Positions 39,006-48,630 of a DNA stretch of 64,000 nucleotides are shown in pieces (position 1 is the stretch's first letter; the number at the start of each line of letters is the position of its first letter). The position numbers were made by a program, and so were the translations under genes. Origin of the DNA: Candidatus Moraniibacteriota bacterium (lineage in GTDB: Bacteria; Patescibacteriota; Minisyncoccia; Moranbacterales; UBA1568); NCBI GenBank assembly GCA_013334575.1, contig JAAXXG010000002.1, forward strand, positions 5,377 through 69,376, in the 5' to 3' direction. Under the pieces are notes generated by a model. The model had not been told where the DNA came from and made no database searches. It saw nothing but the letters and a program-made list of their open reading frames with translations.

Positions 39006-39524
39006 TTATAATATACCGGCTCTGATGAGGGCATCTTCCAAGTATTCGCCCGGTTGCATGATAATTTTTTCGTTTGGTTGGTTTACGAAATCCTCGAAAT
39101 CGCTCTGAATGTTCGTCTCGATTCTTTTGACAAATTCTTCATTCGCGCCTCTTTCTCTTGCCCGTTCAATATACTCCTCCTTGCACGTCGGGTCCGGATA
39201 CGCCAACACAAATTCTATGCCATAGTCTCGCATTTCCGAGAAAGGCATACATGGTGCTATGAGAACAATGTCATATATTCCGTTTTTCACTTCTTTAAGA
39301 ATCGCATCGTAATAATTGTTCGGCCAAGCGGGATTGATCTCCCTTTTTGTCGATTTCAGGCTTTCCTTGTTCACGACGGCCTTTTGTTCCTCAGTCAGGA
39401 TATACTTGTAGTCGCCGCTCGGTAGCTCGATTATATTATTATATTTCTTCGTCAAATACGTTTTTCCCGCACAAATCCACGCGCTAATTACGAGTGTTTC
39501 CTTTTTCGTCGATCCATTTTTCAT
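39006..39524 (-). CDS. Hypothetical P-loop NTPase / small kinase-like protein
   Basis: The Walker-A-like motif is ISAWICAGKTY. Size is 172 aa with low GC. Confidence 0.4.
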   Translation of the reverse strand: MKNGSTKKETLVISAWICAGKTYLTKKYNNIIELPSGDYKYILTEEQKAVVNKESLKSTKREINPAWPNNYYDAILKEVKNGIYDIVLIAPCMPFSEMRDYGIEFVLAYPDPTCKEEYIERARERGANEEFVKRIETNIQSDFEDFVNQPNEKIIMQPGEYLEDALIRAGIL

Positions 39525-39562
39525 AAATGTAATAATTGGATATTGAATCTGGAACGCAACTA

Positions 39563-39589
39563 AAAAAGTACCTGACCCTTTTTCTTGCT
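39563..39589 (-). repeat. R2 repeat copy (AAAAAAGTACCTGACCCTTTTTCTTGC)
   Basis: It sits directly 3' of the HNH-like gene stop. Confidence 0.4.
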
Positions 39590-39591
39590 TC

Positions 39592-40362
39592 TTATTTTAC
39601 TTTTTGTAGTGTTTGTTTTTCTCTTAAGCTTTCGCCAATTTTTTTAATAATACTTAACTCAGCGGAATCGTCTAGATCTCCGGATACCATATATAATCTT
39701 GGCATCATTCCAAGAAGTAATCTCTGAAAAGTGCTTGGGGCCTGTAGCTTATCCACTTTTATGTAAACAACGTACCCGCTTCCAAAGTATATCTGGTAAA
39801 ATCGTACTCCATCGATTCTAATTGGTCGTGGATCTAATAGGATTTCCCTAGCAAATTTATTTTTTTCGATGTCGAACTTCCTTATGAAAATAGTGAATGA
39901 TTGATTAGAATCCTCGACGTTATTATCAATCATATCCTTTAGTACTGTTTGATATGGACCCAGCACAACATGTTGATAAAATATATTCTCAGATATATCT
40001 GCTCGAAAAAGGACGGAGCAAAAGAACATTTTTAGTTTTACAAAATCAACTTCTTGCTCAAATACCCATCCAACCGGGTAGGCTCCGCCTTCTTCAAAGA
40101 TTGCTCTAAAGCTAGATTGATTTTGTAACAATATCTTTTGTCCATAATCATCAAGGGGCTTAAACTTTTCTTCGCAGGACAAACACAAAATCTCCTGATC
40201 ATAGATACCTATTCTGCTCTTTTTTGTATGTTCATCCTTATTGCTTGATACAACTAAAAGATGGTCACTTTCCTTTTTTATGGCTCGGAAAAAACTCTCA
40301 GGAATTACATGAGATTTGACTAATTTTTCAAATTCTCGACTACACATCTTGCAAGTCTTCAT
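39592..40362 (-). CDS. Putative HNH/His-Me-finger endonuclease-like protein
   Basis: The ATG at 40362 gives MKTCKMCSREFEKLVKSHVIPESFF... A second CxxC pair (CLSCEEKF) follows. It is very AT-rich, and the assignment is tentative. The ORF track's 301-aa version overlaps the dnaK 3' end. Confidence 0.35.
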   Translation of the reverse strand: MKTCKMCSREFEKLVKSHVIPESFFRAIKKESDHLLVVSSNKDEHTKKSRIGIYDQEILCLSCEEKFKPLDDYGQKILLQNQSSFRAIFEEGGAYPVGWVFEQEVDFVKLKMFFCSVLFRADISENIFYQHVVLGPYQTVLKDMIDNNVEDSNQSFTIFIRKFDIEKNKFAREILLDPRPIRIDGVRFYQIYFGSGYVVYIKVDKLQAPSTFQRLLLGMMPRLYMVSGDLDDSAELSIIKKIGESLREKQTLQKVK

Positions 40363-40370
40363 AAATATAT

Positions 40371-40400
40371 GAAGAGCGGAGGTATAACACCTCCGCTCTT
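40371..40400 (-). terminator. dnaK terminator
   Basis: A 12-bp perfect stem GAAGAGCGGAGG / CCTCCGCTCTTC lies 9 nt after the dnaK stop and is followed by a T-rich tract on the minus strand. Confidence 0.6.
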
Positions 40401-40408
40401 CGTAAACC

Positions 40409-42337
<1,929 letters not shown>

Positions 42338-42525
42338 ATGATTTCAGTTAACGATTTTAGTTACTGGTAGTGTTGTCATTCCGACCGAAGTCGGCTACAG
42401 GCCGATGGAGCGGAGGAATCTGCCAAGAAAGGTGCTGACACCATTTCCACTCAGATCCCTCGACTCGGAGACTCGCTCGGGATGACACGAAAATATTTAC
42501 TCACGTTCTCAGTATAAATACAGAA

Positions 42526-42552
42526 TTAGCACTCGTCAAGTTCGAGTGCTAA
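42526..42552. promoter_or_regulatory. CIRCE operator (TTAGCACTC-N9-GAGTGCTAA) overlapping a TTGACG-17-TATACT promoter for dnaK
   Basis: The inverted repeat is a perfect match to the consensus. On the minus strand the -35 lies inside CIRCE and the -10 is at 42511-42516. Confidence 0.85.
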
Positions 42553-42589
42553 ACTCTAATCAATAGCCGAATCAAGCCCTTTTCGAATA

Positions 42590-42922
42590 TCAGAACAGCC
42601 GCTGTCCGTTTGGCACGTCCTTATCCGGAACCGCAAGGACGACACGTCCGTTTTCATCCGGAAATCCGAGCGTAAGCACTTCGGATACGAACGGCCCGAT
42701 CTGCTTCGGCGAAAAGTTCACGACACCCATCACACGCTTCCCGACCAGCTCCTCCTTGGAATAGAGCGAGGTTATCTGTACCGACGAGCGTTTCATCCCG
42801 ACCTCGGACCCGAAATCGATCGTCAGCTTGTAGGCGGGCTTCCTCGCTTCCGGAAATTCTTCGGCAGACACGATAGTTCCACTCCGGATGTCCACCTTAT
42901 CGAAATCTTCGTACGTGATCAT
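42590..42922 (-). CDS. csaA: tRNA-binding-domain protein (CsaA/Trbp111/EMAP-like OB fold)
   Basis: MITYEDFDKVDIRSGTIVSAEEFPEARKPAYKLTIDFG matches the MetRS-C/CsaA OB-fold pattern. Confidence 0.7.
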   Translation of the reverse strand: MITYEDFDKVDIRSGTIVSAEEFPEARKPAYKLTIDFGSEVGMKRSSVQITSLYSKEELVGKRVMGVVNFSPKQIGPFVSEVLTLGFPDENGRVVLAVPDKDVPNGQRLF

Positions 42923-42937
42923 ATTCGATTCGCTACT

Positions 42938-43828
42938 CTAGGCGACGCTCACCTTCGCCGCCGCGATCACCTTGTCCCCCATCATGTAGCCCTTGCGATG
43001 CACAGTGGTGATCTTCTGTACGTTTCCTTCCCTGACCTCCCCGTCCGTACCGATCGCCTCGTGCCGGGACGGATCGAAGTCGTCACCGACCTTCGGCTCA
43101 ATGAGCGCAACGCCGTTCTGCGAGAGCACGTCCTCGAACTGCTTCGCTATGTAGCCGATACCGGTCACCCACGGGCTGTCCTTGGCCTCTTCCGGGACAT
43201 GTGCGGCCGCCGCATGGAAGTTGTCGAGTACCGGTATCAAATCAAGCACGAGCCGCTCCACCTTGTACGCGCCCATCTCGGCACCCTCGGCATCGCGTCG
43301 TTTGCGGTAGTTCTCGAAATCCGCCAGGCACCGCTTCCAGCCGGACAAGGCGTCGCGATTCTCCAGATGCTCCTTCGCAAGGAGGACGGTTCGCCGCTTG
43401 TCGGCCTCGTAGCCCTTGTCTTCGAAGGTCTCCGCGGCCTCGTCGAGCGTCATCCACTCGAAGCCGTCATGTTCGGCCGGGTCGGTCTTCACCCCGGCAT
43501 CGTGGGTAAAGGCGACGAAGCGGAGGGCTTGGAGCGCGTCGCCCTCATCACTCGTGAGATGGCGGAAGAACGGAAGCGGCACAATATCACGGACGGCAAG
43601 TCCGGTCTCTTCCCTTACTTCGCGGACGATCGTCTCTTCCGGCGTCTCGTCCGCATCCACGTGTCCGCCGGGAAGGTCGCGCTTGCCCGATCCGCGCCGA
43701 TCACCCTTAGCCCGCGTCAGGACGAGGACGCGCCCGTCCGGACCGATGACGGCGGCCTTGACCGTGATGCGGAAGATCCCGTCCGTCGGCTTCCCGTCCG
43801 TCATTTCGTGCGTTTTCTTTCCGGTCAT
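42938..43828 (-). CDS. grpE: GrpE nucleotide-exchange factor whose N-terminal region is a Nudix hydrolase domain
   Basis: Residues about 30-150 carry the Nudix box GGHVDADETPEETIVREVREETGL. Residues about 150-296 are GrpE (WKRCLADFENYRKRRDAE...KITTVHRKGYMMGDKVIAAAKVSVA). It reads as a single continuous frame. Confidence 0.8.
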   Translation of the reverse strand: MTGKKTHEMTDGKPTDGIFRITVKAAVIGPDGRVLVLTRAKGDRRGSGKRDLPGGHVDADETPEETIVREVREETGLAVRDIVPLPFFRHLTSDEGDALQALRFVAFTHDAGVKTDPAEHDGFEWMTLDEAAETFEDKGYEADKRRTVLLAKEHLENRDALSGWKRCLADFENYRKRRDAEGAEMGAYKVERLVLDLIPVLDNFHAAAAHVPEEAKDSPWVTGIGYIAKQFEDVLSQNGVALIEPKVGDDFDPSRHEAIGTDGEVREGNVQKITTVHRKGYMMGDKVIAAAKVSVA

Positions 43829-43854
43829 AGGGTTTTCTTCTAGGCTTAACTTCT

Positions 43855-43924
43855 GTCATTCCCGCGAAGGCGGGAATCCTGGCGAAAAAGAGAGGGTCAA
43901 GATTCCCGCCTTCGCGGGAATGAC
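43855..43924. repeat. Inverted pair of dRS3-like repeats GTCATTCCCGCGAAGGCGGGAATC ... GATTCCCGCCTTCGCGGGAATGAC
   Basis: Read directly in the hrcA-grpE intergenic. The plus-strand translation gives the familiar ...PAFAGMT... repeat-derived peptide. Confidence 0.6.
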
Positions 43925-43941
43925 GCTGAAGGAGGTGAAAA

Positions 43942-44685
43942 TTACAACATCGGATGGATGATGATCGCGATCGCGAGCGAGGAGCCGAGCAGCTTCTTCA
44001 TGTGCTCGAGAAGCGATTTGTTCCGCGCGTACTGCATCCGCTTCGGGCCGATGATGGCAAGGATTCCCTTCCCCTCCTCGGTCTCGTACGGAGCGACCAT
44101 CATCGAGCAGTTCGAGATCTCGGCGATCGGGTTCTCCTTGCCGATGAAGATCTTGGTACCGCCGTCCGCCACCTCGCGAAGGATGAGGTCGAACTTCTCG
44201 TCAAGCGAGTCGAGCGCCTCGACCATGCGGCAGAGCTCGTCGAGCTCACGGAACTCCGGGTTCTCGAGGAGCTCCTTCATGCCGAAATCGTAGAGCTCCT
44301 GCCGATCGGCGATACCGGTCACGGCGAGGTTGCCCGAGAGCGCGGAGAGAAGCTTGGCGGTCGAGCGACCGAGGCGGGCGTGCTTGGCGCGCAGCGAGAG
44401 AAGTTCCTTCTGGAGCCGCTTCTGCTCGGCGACGGAGAGCGCCTCGTCGGGCATCACCTCCTCGACATAGAAGCGGAAGCCCTCGTCGGTCGGAATGCGA
44501 CCGGCCGAGGTGTGCGGCTGATAGAGATAGCCCGCCTTCTCGAGCGCGAGCATATCGTTGCGGAGGGTCGCCGAGGACACGTCGAACCCGTACCGCTCGA
44601 TGAGCAGCTGGGATCCGACCGGGATTGCGGTCTTGGTATATTCCTCGACGATGGCGGCGAGGACCTGACGCTGGCGTTCGTTCAT
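43942..44685 (-). CDS. hrcA: Heat-inducible transcription repressor HrcA
   Basis: The ORF begins MNERQRQVLAAIVEEYTKTAIPVGSQLL. Confidence 0.85.
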   Translation of the reverse strand: MNERQRQVLAAIVEEYTKTAIPVGSQLLIERYGFDVSSATLRNDMLALEKAGYLYQPHTSAGRIPTDEGFRFYVEEVMPDEALSVAEQKRLQKELLSLRAKHARLGRSTAKLLSALSGNLAVTGIADRQELYDFGMKELLENPEFRELDELCRMVEALDSLDEKFDLILREVADGGTKIFIGKENPIAEISNCSMMVAPYETEEGKGILAIIGPKRMQYARNKSLLEHMKKLLGSSLAIAIIIHPML

Positions 44686-44750
44686 AGGGAAGGCTCCGAT
44701 TCATCGGTCCGGAAAACGGACCCTGTTCAGTTCCAGTATACGTCCGTGGC

Positions 44751-44777
44751 TTAGCACTCGTCAAGAAAGAGTGCTAA
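44751..44777. promoter_or_regulatory. Second CIRCE operator overlapping the TTGACG-18-TATACT promoter for hrcA
   Basis: TTAGCACTC-GTCAAGAAA-GAGTGCTAA is a perfect match. The -10 is at 44735-44740 on the minus strand. Confidence 0.85.
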
Positions 44778-44814
44778 TCGCGGAATGCCATGGTCGGAAG
44801 AGCAGGAAAGCGCG

Positions 44815-44843
44815 TTGACAATATCATTATTTCCTGCTACATT
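44815..44843 (+). promoter_or_regulatory. Divergent promoter TTGACA-17-TACATT
   Basis: Read directly. It lies upstream of the 44901 gene. Confidence 0.4.
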
Positions 44844-44900
44844 ATCATTCTCGGATTTTCCGAGAAGTCCGCTCTTTCAAAAACTCTAGACGTTCCCGAC

Positions 44901-45605
44901 ATGAATCAGCAGAATCTTGATCTGAATCTGATTGCCGCCCTCGGCATCCAGGACACCCCCCTTGCCAGAATCATCGAAAAGGCCGTGGAATTCAGCCACG
45001 GAACCCGCCCACCGGAATCACTCATCGAGGAGATGCGACAGCGCCCCGGCGTCCTGCGTGCGCGGTGTGCCACTCCTTTCGAGATGGCCGCGATGTACCT
45101 CATCCGGGAGTATGCCCGGGAGGAAAACTACATGCGAAACATGCTGCTCACTTTCTATTCCATCTCCACACTCTGCGACTGCACCGCCTACACCTTCATG
45201 AGCGACACCGGTGATCAAGAAGCGGACCGCAAGGACAAGAAGGAGTTGGGGGGGCAGTATGTCGTCGTAGAAAACGGGGTGACCATGGTGGTCAAACCCA
45301 ATTACACTTTCGGCTGTGTGAACCCAGAATTCCGGACGGTCCCCTTGAAAACCGGAGGAGATCCGGAGGTCGATGCCGCGTCCGCATCGGGTTTCGCGAC
45401 GAGAATTTACAGACGTCCCACCGAAATCGGGGTCATGCTCGTCTCGGGCAGCATGCTGGAAGGCACTAACGGTCTCCCGTTCGATCTGTTCGGTTCCATG
45501 TTCGGTTCCCCGTGCAGCTGTAAAGGCCCTTCCCCTGCTCCCGGCGCGTCCGCTGAACACGATGCTCCCGGTTCCAGAATTACCCCTGAAAATACGCCGA
45601 ATTGA
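44901..45605 (+). CDS. Hypothetical protein (234 aa)
   Basis: The ORF begins MNQQNLDLNLIAALG. I recognise no domain. The ORF track's 44790 start overlaps CIRCE. Confidence 0.45.
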   Translation: MNQQNLDLNLIAALGIQDTPLARIIEKAVEFSHGTRPPESLIEEMRQRPGVLRARCATPFEMAAMYLIREYAREENYMRNMLLTFYSISTLCDCTAYTFMSDTGDQEADRKDKKELGGQYVVVENGVTMVVKPNYTFGCVNPEFRTVPLKTGGDPEVDAASASGFATRIYRRPTEIGVMLVSGSMLEGTNGLPFDLFGSMFGSPCSCKGPSPAPGASAEHDAPGSRITPENTPN

Positions 45606-45755
45606 CGGCAACGACCGCATCCTTCCCGACGGCTCTCTTCCAAACGAAGAGAGCCGTTCGACGTTTTCCGACTTGATATTTACCGTGTACAATCCGTTGG
45701 CATACGCCATATCCATGTGGAGATGCCCCTGGAAACGTTAACGACCAGAGGGAAC

Positions 45756-45935
45756 ATGGAAACGAAAAATATGCAGGCATCGCTCCAGGAGGGAGCGCAG
45801 GATGTCATTGAGCAAGCAGCAGCGCTCCAGCGTAGACTGGACACAAAGAATCCGGATTTCGCGGAACTGGAAATCAGGCTCGCCGTCATATTCGGAACCA
45901 CAGCAATCGTCGACCTTCCGGGATATCCGCGATAG
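45756..45935 (+). CDS. Hypothetical small protein (59 aa), weak
   Basis: The SD AGAGGGA precedes the ATG. Confidence 0.2.
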   Translation: METKNMQASLQEGAQDVIEQAAALQRRLDTKNPDFAELEIRLAVIFGTTAIVDLPGYPR

Positions 45936-46015
45936 CAGTGAAAGAACGACACCCTGACAGATAATCGACAACCCTCTCCTTCGGGAACGGGCCGCAACTT
46001 TTCCCCTGAAAAGTC

Positions 46016-46041
46016 AAAAAGCCTTCTTCGAAGGCTTTTTT
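46016..46041 (+). terminator. Rho-independent terminator
   Basis: AAAAAGCCTTC-TTC-GAAGGCTTTTTT. Confidence 0.55.
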
Positions 46042-46129
46042 CGATTTCAAAACGGGGTTTTTTCCGTCTTACGAAACCGGAAGGCATCGCCGCCCGCCGA
46101 TCGCGGGCGGCTCGATGGATCGATCCTTG

Positions 46130-46618
46130 TTACAGGACCTCTTCCGCGACTTCGGCATTCGATCGAATCCTCAGCCGCCTCTTGAAGACGGCCATACCGA
46201 CCTTCGCAAATTCGCAGGCCAGCTCGGGAGTCGGGGCCACGACGGCCAGCGCCGCCAATATCGTCGCGCCATCGGATACGCGGAATACGGCGGTTCCACT
46301 GACATTGCCGTCATCCGTCGAAGCGATGTGGACCGAGGAAAACAACTGACTGATCCGGCGGGCATGCCTCGCGATGGAATCCGCCACCTCTTTTCCGGAG
46401 GCCACGTCGAGCGCTACCGACGCCCGAATAAGCGCCGTACCGCTATCAAGCTCATTGGCCCCTATGGTGCTGCGAAGAGTGATGACCATCCCGTTCGACC
46501 GCATAATGCAGATGGTCAACCGATCCGAACATTCCCTTCTCCGGGCTGCGCGGATAATCGCGTCTTCGATCGCCTGACGGATCTCGTCGGAAAGATGAAA
46601 ATTGCACGACATGTTCAT
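46130..46618 (-). CDS. Hypothetical protein, possibly GlcG/HbpS-like (DUF336)
   Basis: The ATG at 46618 has SD GAGGA upstream. The pattern LTICIMRSNGMVITLRSTIGANELDSGTALIRASVAL recalls the DUF336 core. Weak. Confidence 0.4.
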   Translation of the reverse strand: MNMSCNFHLSDEIRQAIEDAIIRAARRRECSDRLTICIMRSNGMVITLRSTIGANELDSGTALIRASVALDVASGKEVADSIARHARRISQLFSSVHIASTDDGNVSGTAVFRVSDGATILAALAVVAPTPELACEFAKVGMAVFKRRLRIRSNAEVAEEVL

Positions 46619-46702
46619 GTGATGTCCTCGTTTGTGGTTTCGGTTGATTGGTAAAGGGGGTATCTGGGTAACTTTCCCAGTAAACAGGCTTTCCGATTCA
46701 GT

Positions 46703-46746
46703 GTCAATCCGACAGCCGTTCCCCGGGAACCGGGTCGATTCGCCCG
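46703..46746 (-). repeat. Diverged duplicate of the last about 45 nt of yidD (the coding 3' end)
   Basis: About 85% identical to 48283-48326, including CCCCGGGAACCGG. Confidence 0.45.
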
Positions 46747-46790
46747 ACGTCCGTGGCACCGATTCGCATCGACGGTCTGCGCAAAAAAAG

Positions 46791-46825
46791 AAAGCCTTCT
46801 GACTCCGAAGAGCAGAAGGCTTTTT
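46791..46825. terminator. Bidirectional terminator AAAGCCTTCTG / CAGAAGGCTTT
   Basis: The stem is perfect, with an A7 run upstream and a T5 run downstream. It lies 47 nt after the dapD stop. Confidence 0.55.
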
Positions 46826-46871
46826 CGTTTTCCGACGGAACCTCATGATGTCATGATGGTTCGGTTCGTGT

Positions 46872-47744
46872 TCAGCGCAAGGCGCTTTCGAGCGCGGTGG
46901 CGCTGTCGGTCCGTTCGTCGCGGTACTTGACGATAAGCGGCGTATAGATCGACAGCCCGTGTTCGGCAGCGAAGTCACCCTTCACCTGACGCGAGCCGAC
47001 AACCACCACCGCGCCCTCGGGAATGACCAGTGGCGACTCCGCCGTCTTCCGGAGAATGGTGCCGTTGACCAGATCGTAGACCGGTGTCGAGCCGTTCAGG
47101 ATCACACCAGTGCCGATGACCGCCCGTTTCCTGACGATCGTGCCCTCGTAGATGCCGCAGTTGCCGCCGACCATGACCTCATCCTCGATGATGACCGGCA
47201 TGGCACCAACCGGTTCGAGCACCCCGCCGATCTGCACGGCGGCGGAGAGATGAACCTTCTTGCCGATCTGGGCACAGCTGCCGACCAGTACGTGGGAGTC
47301 GACCATAGAGCCTTCGCCGACATACCCTCCGACATTGACATAGGAGGGCGGCATCATGACCACCGAAGGCGCAAGGTACGCGCCGTCACGCACCGAGGAG
47401 CCACCCGGAACGATCCGGACGCCATCCACAGCGGTGAACTGGTGAAGCGGATAAGTGTCCTTGTCGACGAAGGAAAACTGGCCGTGATGGGTCTCGACGA
47501 GCATGCCGAGCCTCATGCCGACCAGGATGCCCTGCTTGACCCATTGGTTGACCCTCCAGCCTGTCACGGAACCGGAATCCGGCTCCGCGGCACGGATCGA
47601 ACCGTCATTCAGAAGCCGTTTAAACCCGTCGAACGCTGTGCGGACATCCGCATCCGACTTTAGCTGGTCCGGCGTATAGATAGTATATCGTCCGATCGCC
47701 TCCTTAAGGTCGTCAATCGAGATCGTTGTTTGAACAGTAATCAT
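46872..47744 (-). CDS. dapD: Tetrahydrodipicolinate N-acyltransferase (DapD/DapH hexapeptide-repeat family)
   Basis: A left-handed beta-helix hexapeptide repeat region is present ([36 protein letters not shown]), with a DapD-like N-domain. Confidence 0.7.
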   Translation of the reverse strand: MITVQTTISIDDLKEAIGRYTIYTPDQLKSDADVRTAFDGFKRLLNDGSIRAAEPDSGSVTGWRVNQWVKQGILVGMRLGMLVETHHGQFSFVDKDTYPLHQFTAVDGVRIVPGGSSVRDGAYLAPSVVMMPPSYVNVGGYVGEGSMVDSHVLVGSCAQIGKKVHLSAAVQIGGVLEPVGAMPVIIEDEVMVGGNCGIYEGTIVRKRAVIGTGVILNGSTPVYDLVNGTILRKTAESPLVIPEGAVVVVGSRQVKGDFAAEHGLSIYTPLIVKYRDERTDSATALESALR

Positions 47745-47768
47745 CTGGATATCCTCCGTTTGTTCGTT

Positions 47769-48194
47769 TTAGGCGGCTTGGTTCATGTGATACTTTACAT
47801 TGGGATTCACCCCGTCACGCAGCAGCACGAACAGATTGGCATGCTTTCCCCCTTCCGTCGACAGCGCATCGTCACAGATTACGTTTCCGAAGAACCGGCG
47901 TGCGAGGGGGTTCATCGCCTCCCGATCGTACACATAGGATACCTCGTATCCGGTCCTCGTACAGACGACATCGACACAGCACGAAATCGCATAGAGAAAC
48001 AAGGCCATGTTCCGGGCTTCCGGAGCCGACGCCCATTTGCCGTCGATACCGAAACAGATCAATGGCACGTCTTGTACCGAATTGAAACCGAGCAGCCCGC
48101 ACCATGTCTTCGCGTTGTCGACCATTCCGTTTCGCTCAGACTCGGAACACAAACCCATAAGTCGGGCGATCGTCACAGGGTCATTGTTGGACAT
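47769..48194 (-). CDS. Hypothetical protein (141 aa)
   Basis: No domain recognised. Confidence 0.4.
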   Translation of the reverse strand: MSNNDPVTIARLMGLCSESERNGMVDNAKTWCGLLGFNSVQDVPLICFGIDGKWASAPEARNMALFLYAISCCVDVVCTRTGYEVSYVYDREAMNPLARRFFGNVICDDALSTEGGKHANLFVLLRDGVNPNVKYHMNQAA

Positions 48195-48282
48195 AGATTC
48201 CCTCCGTCGTTATTTGTGAAGCAAACAAGGCTCCGGAACCTCTCCGAAGCCTCTTTCTTGTATCAGAAGACGCCCTTCTCCG

Positions 48283-48561
48283 TCAATCCGACAACCGCTC
48301 CCCGGGAACCGGATCGTATCCGCCCGGGTTCCAGGGATGACAACGGAGAATACGCCGCAGACCGAGCCACGAACCGCGAAGGGTCCCGAATCGGTCGATC
48401 GCCTGGTACGTATATTCCGAACAGGTCGGATGAAAACGGCACGCGCCGCCGGGAACGAGCTTCCCGAGCAGTCCGTGATCGAGCGAGAGCGTCTTCTGGT
48501 AGACGCGGATAAAAATGAGGATGATACGTTTCATAGGTCTCCGTTTCGGCGTCTCCATCAT
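48283..48561 (-). CDS. yidD: Membrane protein insertion efficiency factor YidD
   Basis: Motifs [15 protein letters not shown] and [24 protein letters not shown] are present. Confidence 0.8.
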   Translation of the reverse strand: MMETPKRRPMKRIILIFIRVYQKTLSLDHGLLGKLVPGGACRFHPTCSEYTYQAIDRFGTLRGSWLGLRRILRCHPWNPGGYDPVPGERLSD

Positions 48562-48630
48562 GACGTTCCCGGACGGGTTTGTAAATGTCCGGTATGGTAT
48601 ACTGAAAACAAACGAACCGCCGAAACGGAT

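Noticed and set aside
34221-40400. Whether the R1/R2 repeats could be a CRISPR array
   Set aside because: The repeats are 0.6-2 kb apart, flank whole genes, are only about 75-90% identical and have no short regular spacers. There are no cas genes in the window. This is not CRISPR.
34221-40400. Calling the island a bona fide integron cassette array
   Set aside because: There is no intI or other recombinase in the window, and I could not recognise attC R''/R' cores (RYYYAAC / GTTRRRY) in the repeats. The idea is kept only as a hypothesis within the findings.
43925-43941. AAGGAGGTGAAAA, a perfect SD-like sequence on the plus strand
   Set aside because: It is simply the minus-strand hrcA 3' end and the adjacent repeat. 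The only plus-strand ORF after it (43954..44754) is antisense to hrcA.
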